A stretch of DNA of 64,000 nucleotides from Amoebophrya sp. A120 (lineage: Eukaryota > Protista > Dinoflagellata). Within the stretch, counting starts at the first letter, position 1; every line of letters starts with the position of its first letter. The DNA is taken from the NCBI GenBank assembly GCA_905178155.1, contig CAJINV010000008.1, forward strand, positions 2,046,001 through 2,110,000. The letters are read 5' to 3'. A program made the translations under genes and the position numbers. The notes beneath the pieces are model-generated. The model ran no database searches and was not told the origin of the DNA. It saw only the letters and a list, made by a program, of their open reading frames with translations. Below, one piece after another: positions 25,256 to 38,700 of this stretch.

Positions 25256-25873
25256 TTGGTGCTCTACTCGGAGGCAGCTGGTGCGGACGCGAAGAGTAAG
25301 CAGCACGGACATGATCATTTGTTGAAGCTGGAGCAGTACTTAGTAGATACACAAGTAGTTTCATCGATTCATTTTCCGTGTGTGAAGATTTAGAGATAAG
25401 CACCAGATTCGACAGTTTTTTCCTTATCTTGAGTTTTGGGGTTTTGTTTGCAGGAGAAAGTGAATGCTTCAGAAAGAAGGGTCTCGAACTGCAGGAAAAG
25501 CGTGGCCCAATTTATTGTTTTTCTCAAAATAAATGGAAGAAGAAAGTCTCTGCCGTAGTGCAATAAATTTTCCCTTCCACAACCATCTTTGAGTATGGTT
25601 AGCAAGCCTTTCTGGTTCCCCTGGGGTTAGGGAGGCTCGCATGCCAAGCAGTTCTCCCAGTACTAGTGTTTCGAAGAGCGTCTGTGCTGGTCTAAAATCC
25701 TGTCTGAAGCGTATCATTTTTACACCGAATTTCACATGCGCGGCGTTGTTTCTGTTCTCTTAATATTTCGTGTGCCATTCGTATAATGGAATGCGACGCC
25801 GCGCGACTGGAATACAGAAGGCGGAAATTAGAAAAAGCACCTGCAAGAAAAACATACTATACGTATACACACC

Positions 25874-27868
25874 ATGCGGTTCTTGTCGTTTCACTTTCAT
25901 GTCAACTACCGGTTCTTGCACGCGGTGAGTTTATTTCTGGCCATCCAGCAGGCGCACTCCGCTGCACCGCGAACGCGTAGCGTTCTTCGGCAGGAGGCCA
26001 GCAGTGTCTTTGACAGCGACGTTGCAGCCCAGGAGGATGTCGCTCGACCCAGTCTCACTGCCTCCGGCCGCTTGAATCTCTCATCTGGACGCCTGAAACT
26101 CGAGCAAGGGGAGGGAGGCGTGTCGCGTCCTGCGATCGCTAGTTGCGCGCTGGCGCGGGCTGATCGCGGCTCGGCACTGCAACGTTTGAGAGCCCCCGAC
26201 CTTGATGAGGAGTTCGAAGATACCTGGAAGGACAACGTTGGAACTACAAAGCACCACGCGTTGCTGATTGCGCGAGGAAAATCGATGGCGGACATACGGT
26301 CCGGTGCAGAGGACGATCAGGACCACGCGGAAGGCGGCGAGGACGTTTTTTCAGAGGAACGAACAAGCTTTTTTCCGGAAGAAACGACCGATTGCCAGAG
26401 TACCTGCAGCGAAGCGAGTGAAGCTGCAGAAGGTCAAGGCTCGTGTTCGCAGTTTTTCCGGGATCAAAGGAAGGGCTGCAACAAAGCGATGCTTGCACTA
26501 TCCAAGGCAGCCTTCGTGCTGTCGCTTCTGGGCGGCGGCGCAGTATCGCTTGGATACGTTTCGAGAAGTTCTTCCCATGTTGACGACTTTATCTCCGGAG
26601 TCAATTCCGCAGAAGCGCCGGATAAAAATTTTTCCGCGGCTGGTAGCGGTTCAGCAAGCACAAGGGGAGAGGCCGTAGAACGTACCGCGACAATCCTCGC
26701 CTTGGGGGACAGCATTACGGAGGGGTTCTGGCTCGACCCCGCCACGGGCGGCGTACCGGAGAAGTGGTGTTTGGCGGAGGCTCTTTGGGTCAACCGACTG
26801 GCGAGAAAGCTGAACATGGGAGCGGGTACCAAACCTCTTGAGAAGCCGCGGCGGCCGCTGCCGTCGGATCATGCGGCTGGAGAGGAGCCGCGCCATGGAT
26901 TTGCACCTTGGAACGGGAGGGAAAACGCCCAAGAAAATTTCTTTCAGGTTTGCAACGCGGGGAACTCTGGCGGGCTTTCGACGATCCTGACCGGGCGCGC
27001 ACCTACCGGGGGGATCGCACCAAAGAACGCCAGCCCGCACGCCACACTGGTGAAGCAGCTGGGAAAAAACAAGACCGGAACAACTCGGGTCGCCGGCCGT
27101 GTCAGTGCAAGGTCGATGACGAGTCAAAACAAAAGCAGCCTGCTAGAGCAGATCCTCGCGACCTTCATTGCGAGAAAGAAGAACGAGGGGGATCAAGACG
27201 ACGACTACATTTTCTATCTCACCGTACTGTTTTTCGGGACCAACGAAGTGAACGGCAGCTTTCACCCGGACGCGCCGAACAAAAACTGGTTTTCACGAAA
27301 GAAGGATACGCGGGACCTGATTGACAACATGAAGTACATCATCGGGAAAGTTACCCCCTTGTCCAAGTACTTCGTTCTAGTTTTCCCCTATTCGCCAAAG
27401 CCCGCGTGGATCAACAACGTCCAGCTTGCCTGGCCAGACGGTCGGGACAAAAACTTCGCACGATACAAGACGGAACTGAGGGACTTCGTGAAGCACAAAG
27501 TAGACAACGGTCGCTGCATAGATTTGGCCGAGGACAGTGTGCCACTGAGGACGACTCCTACGGCGCATAGTAGCGAAGTAACCTCCACCCAGGAGGCTGT
27601 GACTGCGCTGGGCCCCCCTGCTCCTGCATCTCCTGCAGGTGTTCTTTCGTCTTCTTCCAGCCTGGCAAAGCCGTTGCCTAACTTTGCAGCTTTTGCAAAA
27701 GACCTGCTTCATCCGAACGCCCTTGGGCACAAAATCATCGGCGAACTGGTTTACGGGGCGTTGGAACAGCTCGTAAAGCAGCGGCACGTGAAGAAAACGA
27801 AACGTCACAAGGTCTTGTTGCGCGGCAAGAAGTCAGCGCAGTCAGAAATGCGAGAAGTCGTGATATGA
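25874..27868 (+). CDS. SGNH/GDSL-family hydrolase, secreted or membrane-anchored
   Basis: Block I LALGDSITEG, block II NAGNSG, block III FFGTNE, block V DLLHPNALGH; N-terminal hydrophobic segment and an internal TM-like stretch; single ORF. Confidence 0.88.
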   Translation: MRFLSFHFHVNYRFLHAVSLFLAIQQAHSAAPRTRSVLRQEASSVFDSDVAAQEDVARPSLTASGRLNLSSGRLKLEQGEGGVSRPAIASCALARADRGSALQRLRAPDLDEEFEDTWKDNVGTTKHHALLIARGKSMADIRSGAEDDQDHAEGGEDVFSEERTSFFPEETTDCQSTCSEASEAAEGQGSCSQFFRDQRKGCNKAMLALSKAAFVLSLLGGGAVSLGYVSRSSSHVDDFISGVNSAEAPDKNFSAAGSGSASTRGEAVERTATILALGDSITEGFWLDPATGGVPEKWCLAEALWVNRLARKLNMGAGTKPLEKPRRPLPSDHAAGEEPRHGFAPWNGRENAQENFFQVCNAGNSGGLSTILTGRAPTGGIAPKNASPHATLVKQLGKNKTGTTRVAGRVSARSMTSQNKSSLLEQILATFIARKKNEGDQDDDYIFYLTVLFFGTNEVNGSFHPDAPNKNWFSRKKDTRDLIDNMKYIIGKVTPLSKYFVLVFPYSPKPAWINNVQLAWPDGRDKNFARYKTELRDFVKHKVDNGRCIDLAEDSVPLRTTPTAHSSEVTSTQEAVTALGPPAPASPAGVLSSSSSLAKPLPNFAAFAKDLLHPNALGHKIIGELVYGALEQLVKQRHVKKTKRHKVLLRGKKSAQSEMREVVI

Positions 27869-28617
27869 AGAGAGGGTGATCGTGTTTCAATTTTTTCTGT
27901 TCTCGTAGCTACAGCAGTAATCTCGAGTTTGCGAACTGTAAAGACAATGAATCTGTTTTATTTTGCCGAAAAATTTTTGAAGGAATTCTGGTTGTTGAAG
28001 TGATTTGAAAACTACATGGAAGCGCACGTGGTCGACTCGCTGCAACGACTACTTGCATACCTAAAGGATACGATACTGTTTTGCTCACGGGCCATCAGCC
28101 TTGCCTTCGCATAAGCCTTATTCTGCAGATGCGCATTTCTTTTTGACTTTTTGACTTTCTGTTTCTGGCTGTTTTTGAACTGAAGCTGCACAACCACTAC
28201 CGCAGACGACCAGGATGATGACATTTTCGGGTGAGTCTGCCGCATGTGATGTCGCATGTGAGGACACCGGAAATATACATGCAAAGCATAGGGCGTTGAC
28301 ACATGTTCGATTAAAGTATCTACCCCTGCGACTGGGAAGGGTCCTCAAGTAGAGTTGGAGCGGGGGTCTATCACGACAGACAAGATGTTGTCACAAAACC
28401 CGAGCTGTGGAGCGACACTGAACTACAAAGTAGGCGCTGAGCACAACTGTGTCATGAGTTACGGTCCTCGTTCTTGAGTGATTAAGTGAACTCTTCTGAA
28501 TGATTGTAATGAAGCTACTATGTCAATTGTTTTATGCGTTTCTTTACTAAAAACTTTTTCGCGTCGAGCTCGAGGCAGACTTGAGGTATTGCGTTACCAC
28601 GCATCGTAGCGTCCATT

Positions 28618-29473
28618 ATGTCGACCGAAGCAGTCGTGCCGGCGCCGGCCGCTGAAATTCTGCCGGAAGAAGCGGAGGGGGCTGTGGTCCCAGAAACCGC
28701 GGCGCCGGTAGAATTGCCCGTAGAGGAACCATTGGCAGCCGTAGAGCCCGTTGAGGAGGAAGGTAGAAGTCTAGGATTCCGCATTTTAGTGCATGTGTAG
28801 AAGGACGACTGTTTCAAACCTAGACCGGAACTGAAGGCTAGTTGATGCCGATAATCAATTTATCCGTTCGACGATCTTGGCTTGCTCTTGCTCTTGGTTC
28901 TCGTTGTCGTTTGCTTTTCCATTGAGTGAGTGTGAGAATTTCAAGCAGTAGCAACGTATATTAATTTCTACCCTTCATTTCTGTCCACAACAGCTGCCTA
29001 CGTACAGCCGGCCGCGATGGAAGAGACCGTTTTGCAACCGTTACTCCGGAACCCGGTGTTGCAGCCCCTCCCGATGCCGACGTCGTTCGGGCTCCAGATG
29101 CCGACTATTGGTTTCCAGCAATACCAATTTCAAACGCAGGCAGGGCCGTTCTTGCAGGGGAGCGAATCCCTCGGCGTTTTGCCGGCAGGTACAAAGCATG
29201 TGCTTACTGTGTTGCACTGCTGTAGTGGTCTCTGTTCGTGTTGTACTTTGCAAACGCAAGGAAGTTTTCCTTTATTGTCCTTCATAAATAAAACGATTTG
29301 AAGGTGGCAATGGATTCCAGTTTTTTCCGGACCCAAAAGAGGCGCAAGTCGGGATCAGAGAACCTACTTCCCCATTGAACTACTCGCTGACGGTCACTAC
29401 GCGGGATGCCGGGTTAACTCGCAAGAAGAAGTTGGAGCGCAAGTGGTGTTCTTGTTTCTGGGGGTTGGGATAG
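28618..29473 (+). CDS. Small acidic Pro/Gln-rich protein with a C-terminal polybasic-Cys motif (paralogue of 34179)
   Basis: Exon 28618-28762; GT-AG intron 28763-28993; exon containing SFGLQMPTIGFQ; last exon ends RKKKLERKWCSCFWGLG*. Second acceptor uncertain. Confidence 0.65.
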
Positions 29474-31411
29474 ATGTGCATGTGCTTCGCCACGGGAAGA
29501 TAGAGGGTGGCTTACCTCGTGTGGGAACTACGCAATTAATTGTCTCATCGTAGCTGCATGAAAGGGATGAAAGCAAGTCATAAAAGCCTTCGATATGATC
29601 CATGATGTTTGTGTTTCAGATCAGTCTTCCTCGACGTTATCGCGAGGGCTCAAAAATCTGTGAGAAACTACAAGGGTCATGATATGAGCAAAGCACTGTT
29701 GTTAGAAAGTCAAATTCTACAGGAAATAATTAACATGTATTTTCCACCTCTCAGGACCAGAGGGCAGAGGCAGTGAAACATCCAAATTTATGCTGCCTGT
29801 ATCGGCCTGAGGAATCAAAAAATCTTCCGCTTCAAGTTAAGCTACACCTATTGGGAGTAGTGTGCGTCAGAGCAGAAAATATAAAGATGACCATGTACCA
29901 TAGGCGTGAACATACGTTTTTGGCGACTTACAAACTTGCGAAAAGTCAGTGAATAGAAGACAAGACGAATAATAAATGTAAAGAGATGATAGTGGGATAA
30001 AGTCAAAGACATATCTGGGGATGACTACGAATTCGTAACTATGTGCTTACCTAAGCTGAAGCTAAGTGTCAGGGCGCCGACACAGGGCACGTAGCCGGAC
30101 TCCGATTCTTTTTTTTAGATTTTTTAGAGTCACGCCTTGCAGCTAGTACAAACAAAGACGGACCGGTTGGCCTGACCCATGCATCTGTTTATGCCGTCGA
30201 TATGAGAAGCGACTCACGAGCTGGATCCTTCACACGATTTTCCTTGCTGAAGCTGCGGCTTACCAGTAAGAATCGGCAAGAACCCTACTTTCTGGGACTT
30301 CTACAGCCCCTTGGTCCTCACACGTTTGTACTTGACTTACACTTGCCGGTTGACAATTGCAATTTGCCTACAAAACTATATGATTTGAGCGTGGCAGCTC
30401 GCGCTCGTCCAGCCTGTGCCTGTCCAGACACAACATCAGTGCGTCCAAGCTTCAATTTTAGGCTGAGCGCAAAAAAATGAAAATTGTGCATATAATGCTT
30501 TGCAGGCGCCGCTTCCATTATGGCCACGCCTACTGGCCACGCCAACACGAAATGATTTGGTTAATGCTAGCCTTTTTACGGATATAAAAATAATCTAAAA
30601 GAATAAGAAATTGAAAGGCCGCGGATGGACCAGTACCGCGAATGAAAGGACGCCTGTGTGTCGTGTTTGGTTCATGTGCGAAATTGTCTTCCGTTGAACA
30701 CTGATACACGAGGGATCAATAAGATCCTCGTCAGCGTCGCGATGATTACTTACGCACCGGTATAGTTTATCTACTTTCCTCAGGAACTTTGCAGTTTACC
30801 CATGCTTGACACCTGGCGTCCATTTTCCCTCGTAGTTCGCAAAGTCGTGAATTCTTTCTACTTCCGTCGATAGAAGCGTATGCGTAATTGGGAGTAAAAC
30901 GACGTATGATCATGTTACTTGTCGTAATAGCTGTCGTGCTGGAACGGTCCATTATGGCATGTACGCGAAGGCGAAGCCTGATTCTGATAGAAGAATTAGC
31001 CGTGAGGACTGCTCGTCTCGGAATCGTGTTTCCAAGTTCTCTCGTTTTCCCAACCCCTCGGAAAAACCTGATCGGTGCTCATAAAGAGCCGAAGGAACTC
31101 GTTTATGTCGACAAAAGTTTGATGAATTAGCTTCCGTATCACAGGTTTGCAGGGATCGATTCTTTGTGTACTTTTCTGGGTTCGTATGTTGATACGTATT
31201 TACTCGTAGTTTTTTGCTCGTTGACGATTTTGCAGAGGTGCAGTCATTACTTGCCACCTTCGCCGGGTCTTGCGGGCAGGGAAGAAACCGCATGAATAAA
31301 ACGGGAGTAGTTGTTCTCCTTCCTACTTTTGGTTTTGGAACATCAAGTGTTTAAGTTTATACTTCATCAATCAACCTTTACAGTGTTTTTTTGAAAACGT
31401 AGACCAGCAAA

Positions 31412-32988
31412 ATGGCCCCGGAGATCAGCGCCAAGGAGGCGCTGTTCCCGGTGGACGGGCCGGGTATGGCTTTGCGGCAGGACGGCATGTCCCTGGACAC
31501 GGTGGACGGGCCCGGAAGGTCGAAACCGTACTACGCAACCCGAAATTTGCTCACCTTGACGTCCGTTCACGAACCAAAAAAACCCCTCTTCGCGCCATTA
31601 AAGGAACCAATCTCCTATCAAAAAACTTACTACCCGAACCCGGTATAGAAGTACCTTAGTTTTTTTTCGGCAGGGTGTCTTTTTACTTAAATACATTTCA
31701 CGTTCCGCCACTGCAGCTCACGTGCCTGCAAAAAAAAAAAGAACAAATCTGTCAAGTAATGAACTACACTTCTCCGACTAGGTACGAAGACCTCGCGATT
31801 TGAGTCTGTGCGTCGCGGATATCGCGTATGCGCAGCCGGCATTGGTGGAAACGAGTGGACGGCACACAAATCCATTGCAGCCGCAGTATCAGTTTCTCGG
31901 CGCGACACAAGTAAAGCCCGTGGAGCCATACGTCGCGAGATTTGGAGGCAACGTATTCATTCATCGATACCTTTTTTCGAGTGGTGCGCTTCATCTCTGT
32001 CTTGAATTTTTATGTACGTCATGATGACATTTTCAGCGCATGTTTATCGTTCTATGTCACCGGCGCCTTGTACAGTTTCTTTGTTCACATGGACATGTTC
32101 ACGACGTCACTGACTAACAGTTTATCCTCGAGACTCGGGACATCGAGGGAGCTGCACCGAAGCGCATGATTCCCGATCGCAACTACGTGCGGCACAATAC
32201 GGACTGCAGTGACATCGCCTACGCCACGCCAAATTACTTCGGCCGACATGTCAAGCCAAGCACATTTATAGGACATCGAAAATACCCTTATGAAGAGCCG
32301 CCAGGTATGAAAATTTGCAGACAGCCTTGTTCTGCCAGCCAATGGAACGGGTTCGAGTTCTACTTCTTTCATTTTCTTTTTTTACCCTTCTCGGTGCGAA
32401 GCGGATCGTGTCTTTCTCGTTTTTGCTTTTTTACAATCTCACTCGAAATGAAAAAAAGTCCGTCCGCGCGACTTCCGCGAAACGAATCCTCTGGATCCAG
32501 AATACCGGATGTCGCAGCAGCCGCCCCAGGTGAGGTCGCAAGTGACCGACGCGAATCCGGGCGCTGGTGTCCCGAACCTCCCCTCGCCGGTGAATCTTGG
32601 GAAGTACATCCCCGGTTCAAAACCGCGCAAGTTGCAGTGGAGCAACAGCGAGCCCCAGTTTTCCCTGCTTTCCCAGGACATCGCCGGGGCGGCGCCGCAG
32701 CGCTACGTGGGCGAGTTGCCGTTCAATCTGTACGAAGCGCGGACCATGCGCAGCAAACCGGTGCTGAATACGGTGAGCCACGACATTCCGGGGGCGCAGG
32801 TCGGCACATTGAAGACCGGCGTCGTGTCGACGCGCAACACGAATCCGCTGATCCCCAGCTACGTCTTCCTGGACGGAAAGCTGTCGCCGTGGGACGCGCA
32901 AAAAAGTCCGGCCAGCATCGGCGGGCACGTTTCGGCACACGTGCCGGAGCTGCACGTGCGACCAAATGCCGCACCTGGAACGATGTGA
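31412..32988 (+). CDS. Repeat protein with DIxGAxP / RxTNPLxPxY motifs (candidate cilia/microtubule-associated), multi-exon
   Basis: Motifs DIAYAQP, RHTNPLQPQY, DIEGAAP, DIAYATP, RETNPLDPEY, DIAGAAP, DIPGAQ and RNTNPLIPSY across four exons; GT donors near 31643, 31953 and 32305. Confidence 0.7.
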
Positions 32989-34178
32989 GGAGCCAGATCT
33001 CTATGTGTCGGTTTTATGTGCACGTCATGTGAAAAATAAACCGAAGAAAAATATCAGGCAAAAAGTTGGTTTCCAGATGGCCAAGGTGCTTGCTTTATTC
33101 CTGTGAACTCAGAAGTTCAAGATGTATATAGAATCTAGTTGCTTAGTTGTACTTCGGTCTTGTTTAACGAATGAACACTCAATATTAGGAAGAAGAATGC
33201 CAACACTCAACCAATTTGAATAGCTTTCCGAACATCTTCATCTTTATGGATTTTTTACAATTGCATCAGCTAGGTCGTTGTACCTCACCAGATCTTGTTT
33301 CAGAATAGCCGCTTGTGCAACGCCGGCTTAAGTAGGTTATTGAAGCTGGGAGACGAAGCGCTGTCAGCCACTGTAGGATGGCACTATTTTTGTTAATCCC
33401 TTGTTGACATTTATTTTTATTTCGCAATTTATTGGACTTTCGATTTTTCACTGCATCATTCCACTCTGTATATTACAGCGATGCTGCTTGTCGCTTTTTG
33501 CTTTGTATTTACCACAAAACCTAACGATGTATACCACAGTCTCCAGCAATAGGGCAGGTCATTGGAGGTGGAGAGCTCATCAGGGCCAAAGCTGGGAAAA
33601 CCCCAGTGAAGGCGTGCGCACACTGTGTCTCCACATGCTACTTGTACTACAGGCCACAGCTCATCAATTTGGAGGACCGTTGCCAGGGACTACATGACAC
33701 CGTGCTCCTGCTACGAAATAGACAACGGGACAACAATTGTATAAACAGATTGCGCTAGTACTACCAGTGTGAAAAAAGCTGCGAGCTGCGTGCTTTCTCG
33801 TACACAACGTGCTGTGCTAGAAAGGGTAAGAAGTTTAGGTTGTTCTGGTTCCAGGGCTAGGACGAGGGTAAGAAGTTTATTTCCCGCCGGAGATGTTGAG
33901 GAGAGATAAAAAGCTAGATTTGATCGTGAGGCTTCGGTTTTTCTCAGTACACATTTTTTGCTGCTCTTTTTTTGCCTCCGCATTGGACGAGATGCTACTC
34001 ACTTCAAACTTGAATCTCATACTGATTATATCACTCCCGGAATATTAATTGCAATCTCTATGACATCATGTGACCGCCACTTTGTTTTTTGCAGCTCAAG
34101 ACGTTTCGTAGGCGATCGCGATTTGTTCTCTGGCGATCACGTGTTGTATCGGGTACAAATTTCTCCACTGCAACCAAG

Positions 34179-34939
34179 ATGGCCGAGCAGCAACAGTTTG
34201 AGCAGGAGCCGGTCTACGAGGAGCAGCCGCGTACTACATGTTTCATGCTGATGAAATGGGGGTTGGAATATGCATATGGATTTGTTTGATGAGAGCCAAT
34301 GTTTGTCTACGTCATTCCTTTCGCAATAAAAAAATTCTTATTCGCAATAAAGACGTCATAGATGAAATTTTCACAAAAACAGCTGCTCAACAAATGGGTT
34401 TCGGATTGCAGATGCCCCAGATCGGATTCCAGCCGCTTTTCCAGTCCCAGTTCACAGCCCAACAAGAGTATTTGATTTGTCCTAACTTCAACCTATTTCA
34501 ATTTCTACCTCTTGATTGACAACGTGAACTTTGCAGCATAGCAATTTGACGTCGATATTAAACATGATATGATTTGTCATCCCTGTCCATCTGCCATAGA
34601 TGACAAGCATGATAAAAATATACGACCCAGGGTTCCGCAGCTCGGGTCATTTGCGATGCAGCAGCCAATGAACTTCGCCTTCTATGCGGAGCCCGCGGCC
34701 AGTACGCTTTTTTTCCACACATGCTTCATTTGCAGTTGTACTTCATTGTCACACACTTAGGTTAGTACTCACGCTTTAAGGTTGATAAGTAGTACGAAAC
34801 GTGCGTCAAAAGCACTTTGTTCCATCCATGACGGAAAAAACTACATGCAGCCCCAAGCAGTGACGTGGTGGGTTCCCCCTTTTACTCGGGCATCGGCAAA
34901 AAGAAGGAAAGTTCTAAGTGGTGCCTGTGCTTCAAGTAA
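34179..34939 (+). CDS. Small Gln/Glu-rich protein with a C-terminal polybasic-Cys motif, 4 exons
   Basis: Three phase-compatible GT-AG introns give MAEQQQFEQEPVYEEQP-PAQQMGFGLQMPQIGFQ...-VPQLGSFAMQQP...-TPSSDVVGSPFYSGIGKKKESSKWCLCFK*. Confidence 0.75.
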
Positions 34940-35774
34940 TTTAGAGGAATCGCCGTAGAGCGGGTGCGGATATGGTGCGGCAAAGAAGATGTTCCAATCC
35001 TTGCATTCGTTGTGGAGAAGGAGAAGCGCTTCACTGAGTTTCAAGTCATTTTTTGGGGATTAGAAGCCTCAGGGAATAAATAGCAGTCAAGATGAAAGGC
35101 GCAGCGCCCACATTTTCACGGCAAAGTTGTTGAAGCCTAGAAAGAACAAGGGCTTCTGACTGAAGAGTACCATCCTGCCGTAGTATCAAGATAGTCTGTC
35201 AAATAGAATTTTGGCGAAGATTTACATAGCAAGAACTGTTGATGAGGTACCAGCTCGTTGAGGTCTCTGCGCATCGTCGAGATCGAAATTTCGATCGAAA
35301 TATCGTCTTGATGCTTTCATGTTCTGCTAAGTGATATAATTTTGCTGGCCTACAATTCTAAGCCAGAAAATTAGGGCAGAAGATCAACACCGCGCATGAA
35401 AATTTGTTCTGATCGCGACGAAGTGAAGATCAAGCAATGAAAGAAGCTGTTAAATCGATGCTCATCAAACTACAGTGAAGCTGCAGACTCATAGCAAATT
35501 GCCGCGATCAACAGTCCAAGGTTCGCTACAACTCCAAAATACGTTTTCTTTTCTTCGAGGTTTGTCTATCACCGCTTTTCTCGACCGCCTTTTCTCTGTA
35601 CCAAAAAGCAGCGACCAAACAGGTGATTATTTCTTTTTTCCGTTTTGTTTTCTTTTTTAGAAAGTTTCTTTATTTCGATACGAACGCGAAAAGTAAAAGT
35701 ATGTGTCTGACGGTGACGGAAAAAGCAGGGCATCACTTCACCAAACGGGTCTTCTAACGCCTACGAATCTTACA

Positions 35775-38700
35775 ATGAGCAAGAATGGAACCGGTGTTGG
35801 AAAAAATCCGAGCGCGAAGGGCAAGAGCATCGCTCGGCGGAGCTCTTCTTCAAAGAAAGCGCCTAGGAGCGCCGCAGCCACGTCTGGCGCCGGTGTCCTC
35901 TCGCAGGCGAAGAAGCAAAATGCCATCTCGGGAACTGGGTCGAGAAATAAACCAGGAGCGTCCAGTTGTACCAGTAGCAGTGAAGGTACTACGATTTTTG
36001 GAAATAGAAAGACACAGCAGGAGCAGGTCAACAAGAGGCACAGTACTACGAGCGCTGGGGGTGGCACCAAACTCGTCAAGAAACAGCTGGTGAGCGAGAA
36101 GAAGAGGAAAAATTTCCATCGTAGACTCTCCGCGCCGGCGCCGCCATTCGGAAAGACGAGGAAGCCCGCAGCAAAAAAACTGGCATCGGCCACGAAGTCT
36201 TCAGCTGGGAAGAGTGTGAACGACAAAAAAGCGCCGAGGGGAAAGCTTCAGTATGTGCCGGGGGCCTACCCCTACGCGGATTATGGGCGGTTTCTGAAGA
36301 AAACGCATCCGGATCTGAAAGCCTACGGGAAGGAAGTGCGAGAAAAGGTGTGGAGAGAGGTAGAACGCGACATGTACAGCACCGGAGCTGCATCAAGCAG
36401 GAGGGGCGCGACGAGCAGTTCCGTTTTGGCGCTCGAGGATGGCGGTAGCCGCACCGCTGGCGTTAATCGCAGCCTGGCGACTGATGTGCTGGAGCCAGCG
36501 GCAGGGACGGGATCGTCGTCGTTTTCAGCGCCAGCGCCTCCAGCAGTTGGTTCTAGTACAACCGCCTACGACGATCATGAGCTTGAAAGTGCGAATTTCA
36601 GCTATCCAGAGATACTCAATAATGGAGCCAAAATCATGAAGCAGGACGGCGCGAGCGGCGACGGTCTTTGCCCTCATCTTTCAGGGACGACGACACGACC
36701 AGACGAGCCGACGAGTGCGGACAAGGAAGGCATGCTGCGAGAAGCGGACGAAATGCTCATCTCTGCGGTCTTGACGCACTTGTCGTGCAAGACGCTGGAC
36801 CGAAACTGGACCGTCGACGAAGAAATCGTGGGCTTTCAAGAACGCCTCAAGAACCGACGAGAGCTGAAGTTGCCTAAAGATGAGGACCACGCAGGACTTT
36901 TTTCACAACAGCATGCGGCCGAGCCGGAAGAACAGCGAAACTTGTACACGAAGCCACACACTGGCTTCTTTGGCTGCAGCGACGAGGAGGCAATGAAAAA
37001 AGGCAAAAGTTATCTACCGCGTAATAAAGTGACGTGTCTGTCAAGCGCTAAACCACTAGACTTTGGTCAGTGGCAGAAGACGTACCAGCGATTTTGCCGG
37101 ACACCGTGGCAATACGACAACTTGATCTCCGACGTGGACAATTTTCACCAATTTTTGGAGGAATTGCAGGTGAATAGCAAGTCCTGTTTCACACCAAAGA
37201 CCGCTGCCGACATGGAAAAGTTGCTGCGAAGCTGCTACGTCGGCTGTCAGCAGAATTTGGATCACGTGATCGCGAGAAACTTTCTCAATCAGGCGGAGAA
37301 GAATAATATCTGCAGAAGTTCCGCCGCCCTGGGTGGTCAGACGAGCAAAATTTGCCGAACAGAATCTGAAGAGATGTTGATCAAAAACAGTGGCGGCACT
37401 GCTGGCGGTACTAGTTCCTTCTCCTCCTCCTCAACCTCGAGTGCAGGAGTCACGAAGACTCCCCGCATTCCTCCGCTACTCCCTGACTACGACAGAAAGG
37501 AAAATGTCTTTGGTCCGAGCGCCATTGACTGGCAGCATGTCGCGGACATGGTGAACCACATGTCGGGTGCAGAAGGCGAACACCCTTCCAGCGGTGCTGT
37601 TGTGGACGAGGAGATGAGGAGTAGGTCGACTTTCGAATGCGAGGACAAGCATAGCGCTGTTGATATAATTGAAGGCAACACGATTTCTTTTACAAATACA
37701 ACTACCCCCCGACATCAAGCCCCCGAAGGGTCGTGTGGAAGTGCGTCGTCTAGTACTTGGATTACAATTTTCACGAAACGGCGGCGCCGCATTCCTCTGC
37801 ATTCTTCCGGTCGTACAGCTGCGGACGAAAACGAGAAGAGCCAGCATGGAAACAAAGAGTCAAGGAAAGCAAAGGGTCAGTCAAAGAACCAGCAGGCCTC
37901 CTCCTGCTACGACTCCTGGAGCAGCGAGGAGTTTGACTTCGAAGATCTACTAGAGCAACCAACAGCGGCAGCACATTCAAATAAAGAGGGCCTAGACTAC
38001 AACTTTATGCAGGAGTCAACGGCCGAGGACGAGGACCAGGAAGAGTGTGCGGACGTGGACTTTTTTCCACCACGCATGGTAACGCCCCAGGAATGCCGCG
38101 CGCGGTGGGACACGGTTCTGGAATTTTCGCTTGCAGGAAGCGTGGAGCGAAGCCGCGAGGTGGAACACGCGGACGAACTTGGCGGAGCTAGTCGTGCTTC
38201 CAGTCGGAAAAATAGCTACTCTTATCTTGCGGAGGTCGAACCGGGGGGAGAGACGACGTCTACGTTTTCCACTCGCGGCTCTTGGCTGGCATTCACACCA
38301 AAGGAGGACGCGCTGCTCATAAAGCTCTGCCTACAACGGGCGGATGATCTTTTGAAAAAGGAGCTAGTTGCGCTGGATCATGCCAATGCCGCCGTCGCCG
38401 GGGAGCAGACGGAAGTGGACTCATTACAACTACCCAATACGTTCTCAACCCGACAGCAGCTGCCCAATAATTATACCAGCTCAGCAAGCTCCTCAACCAG
38501 GACACCACCATCCCATCCTCCAGATAGGCGCCTCACAAGTGATCACCGCGACGAGGATCTATTACGTACCTTGGTGAAGACCATTCGAGCCTTCGAGCCG
38601 GAAAGCTGGATTGCTGTGATGTTTTCCTTCCATGAAAAGTTAGAGCAGCGGAACAGGAAGAAACACAAGAAACTGTATAGGGATCTAGCGAAGAAGTTGA

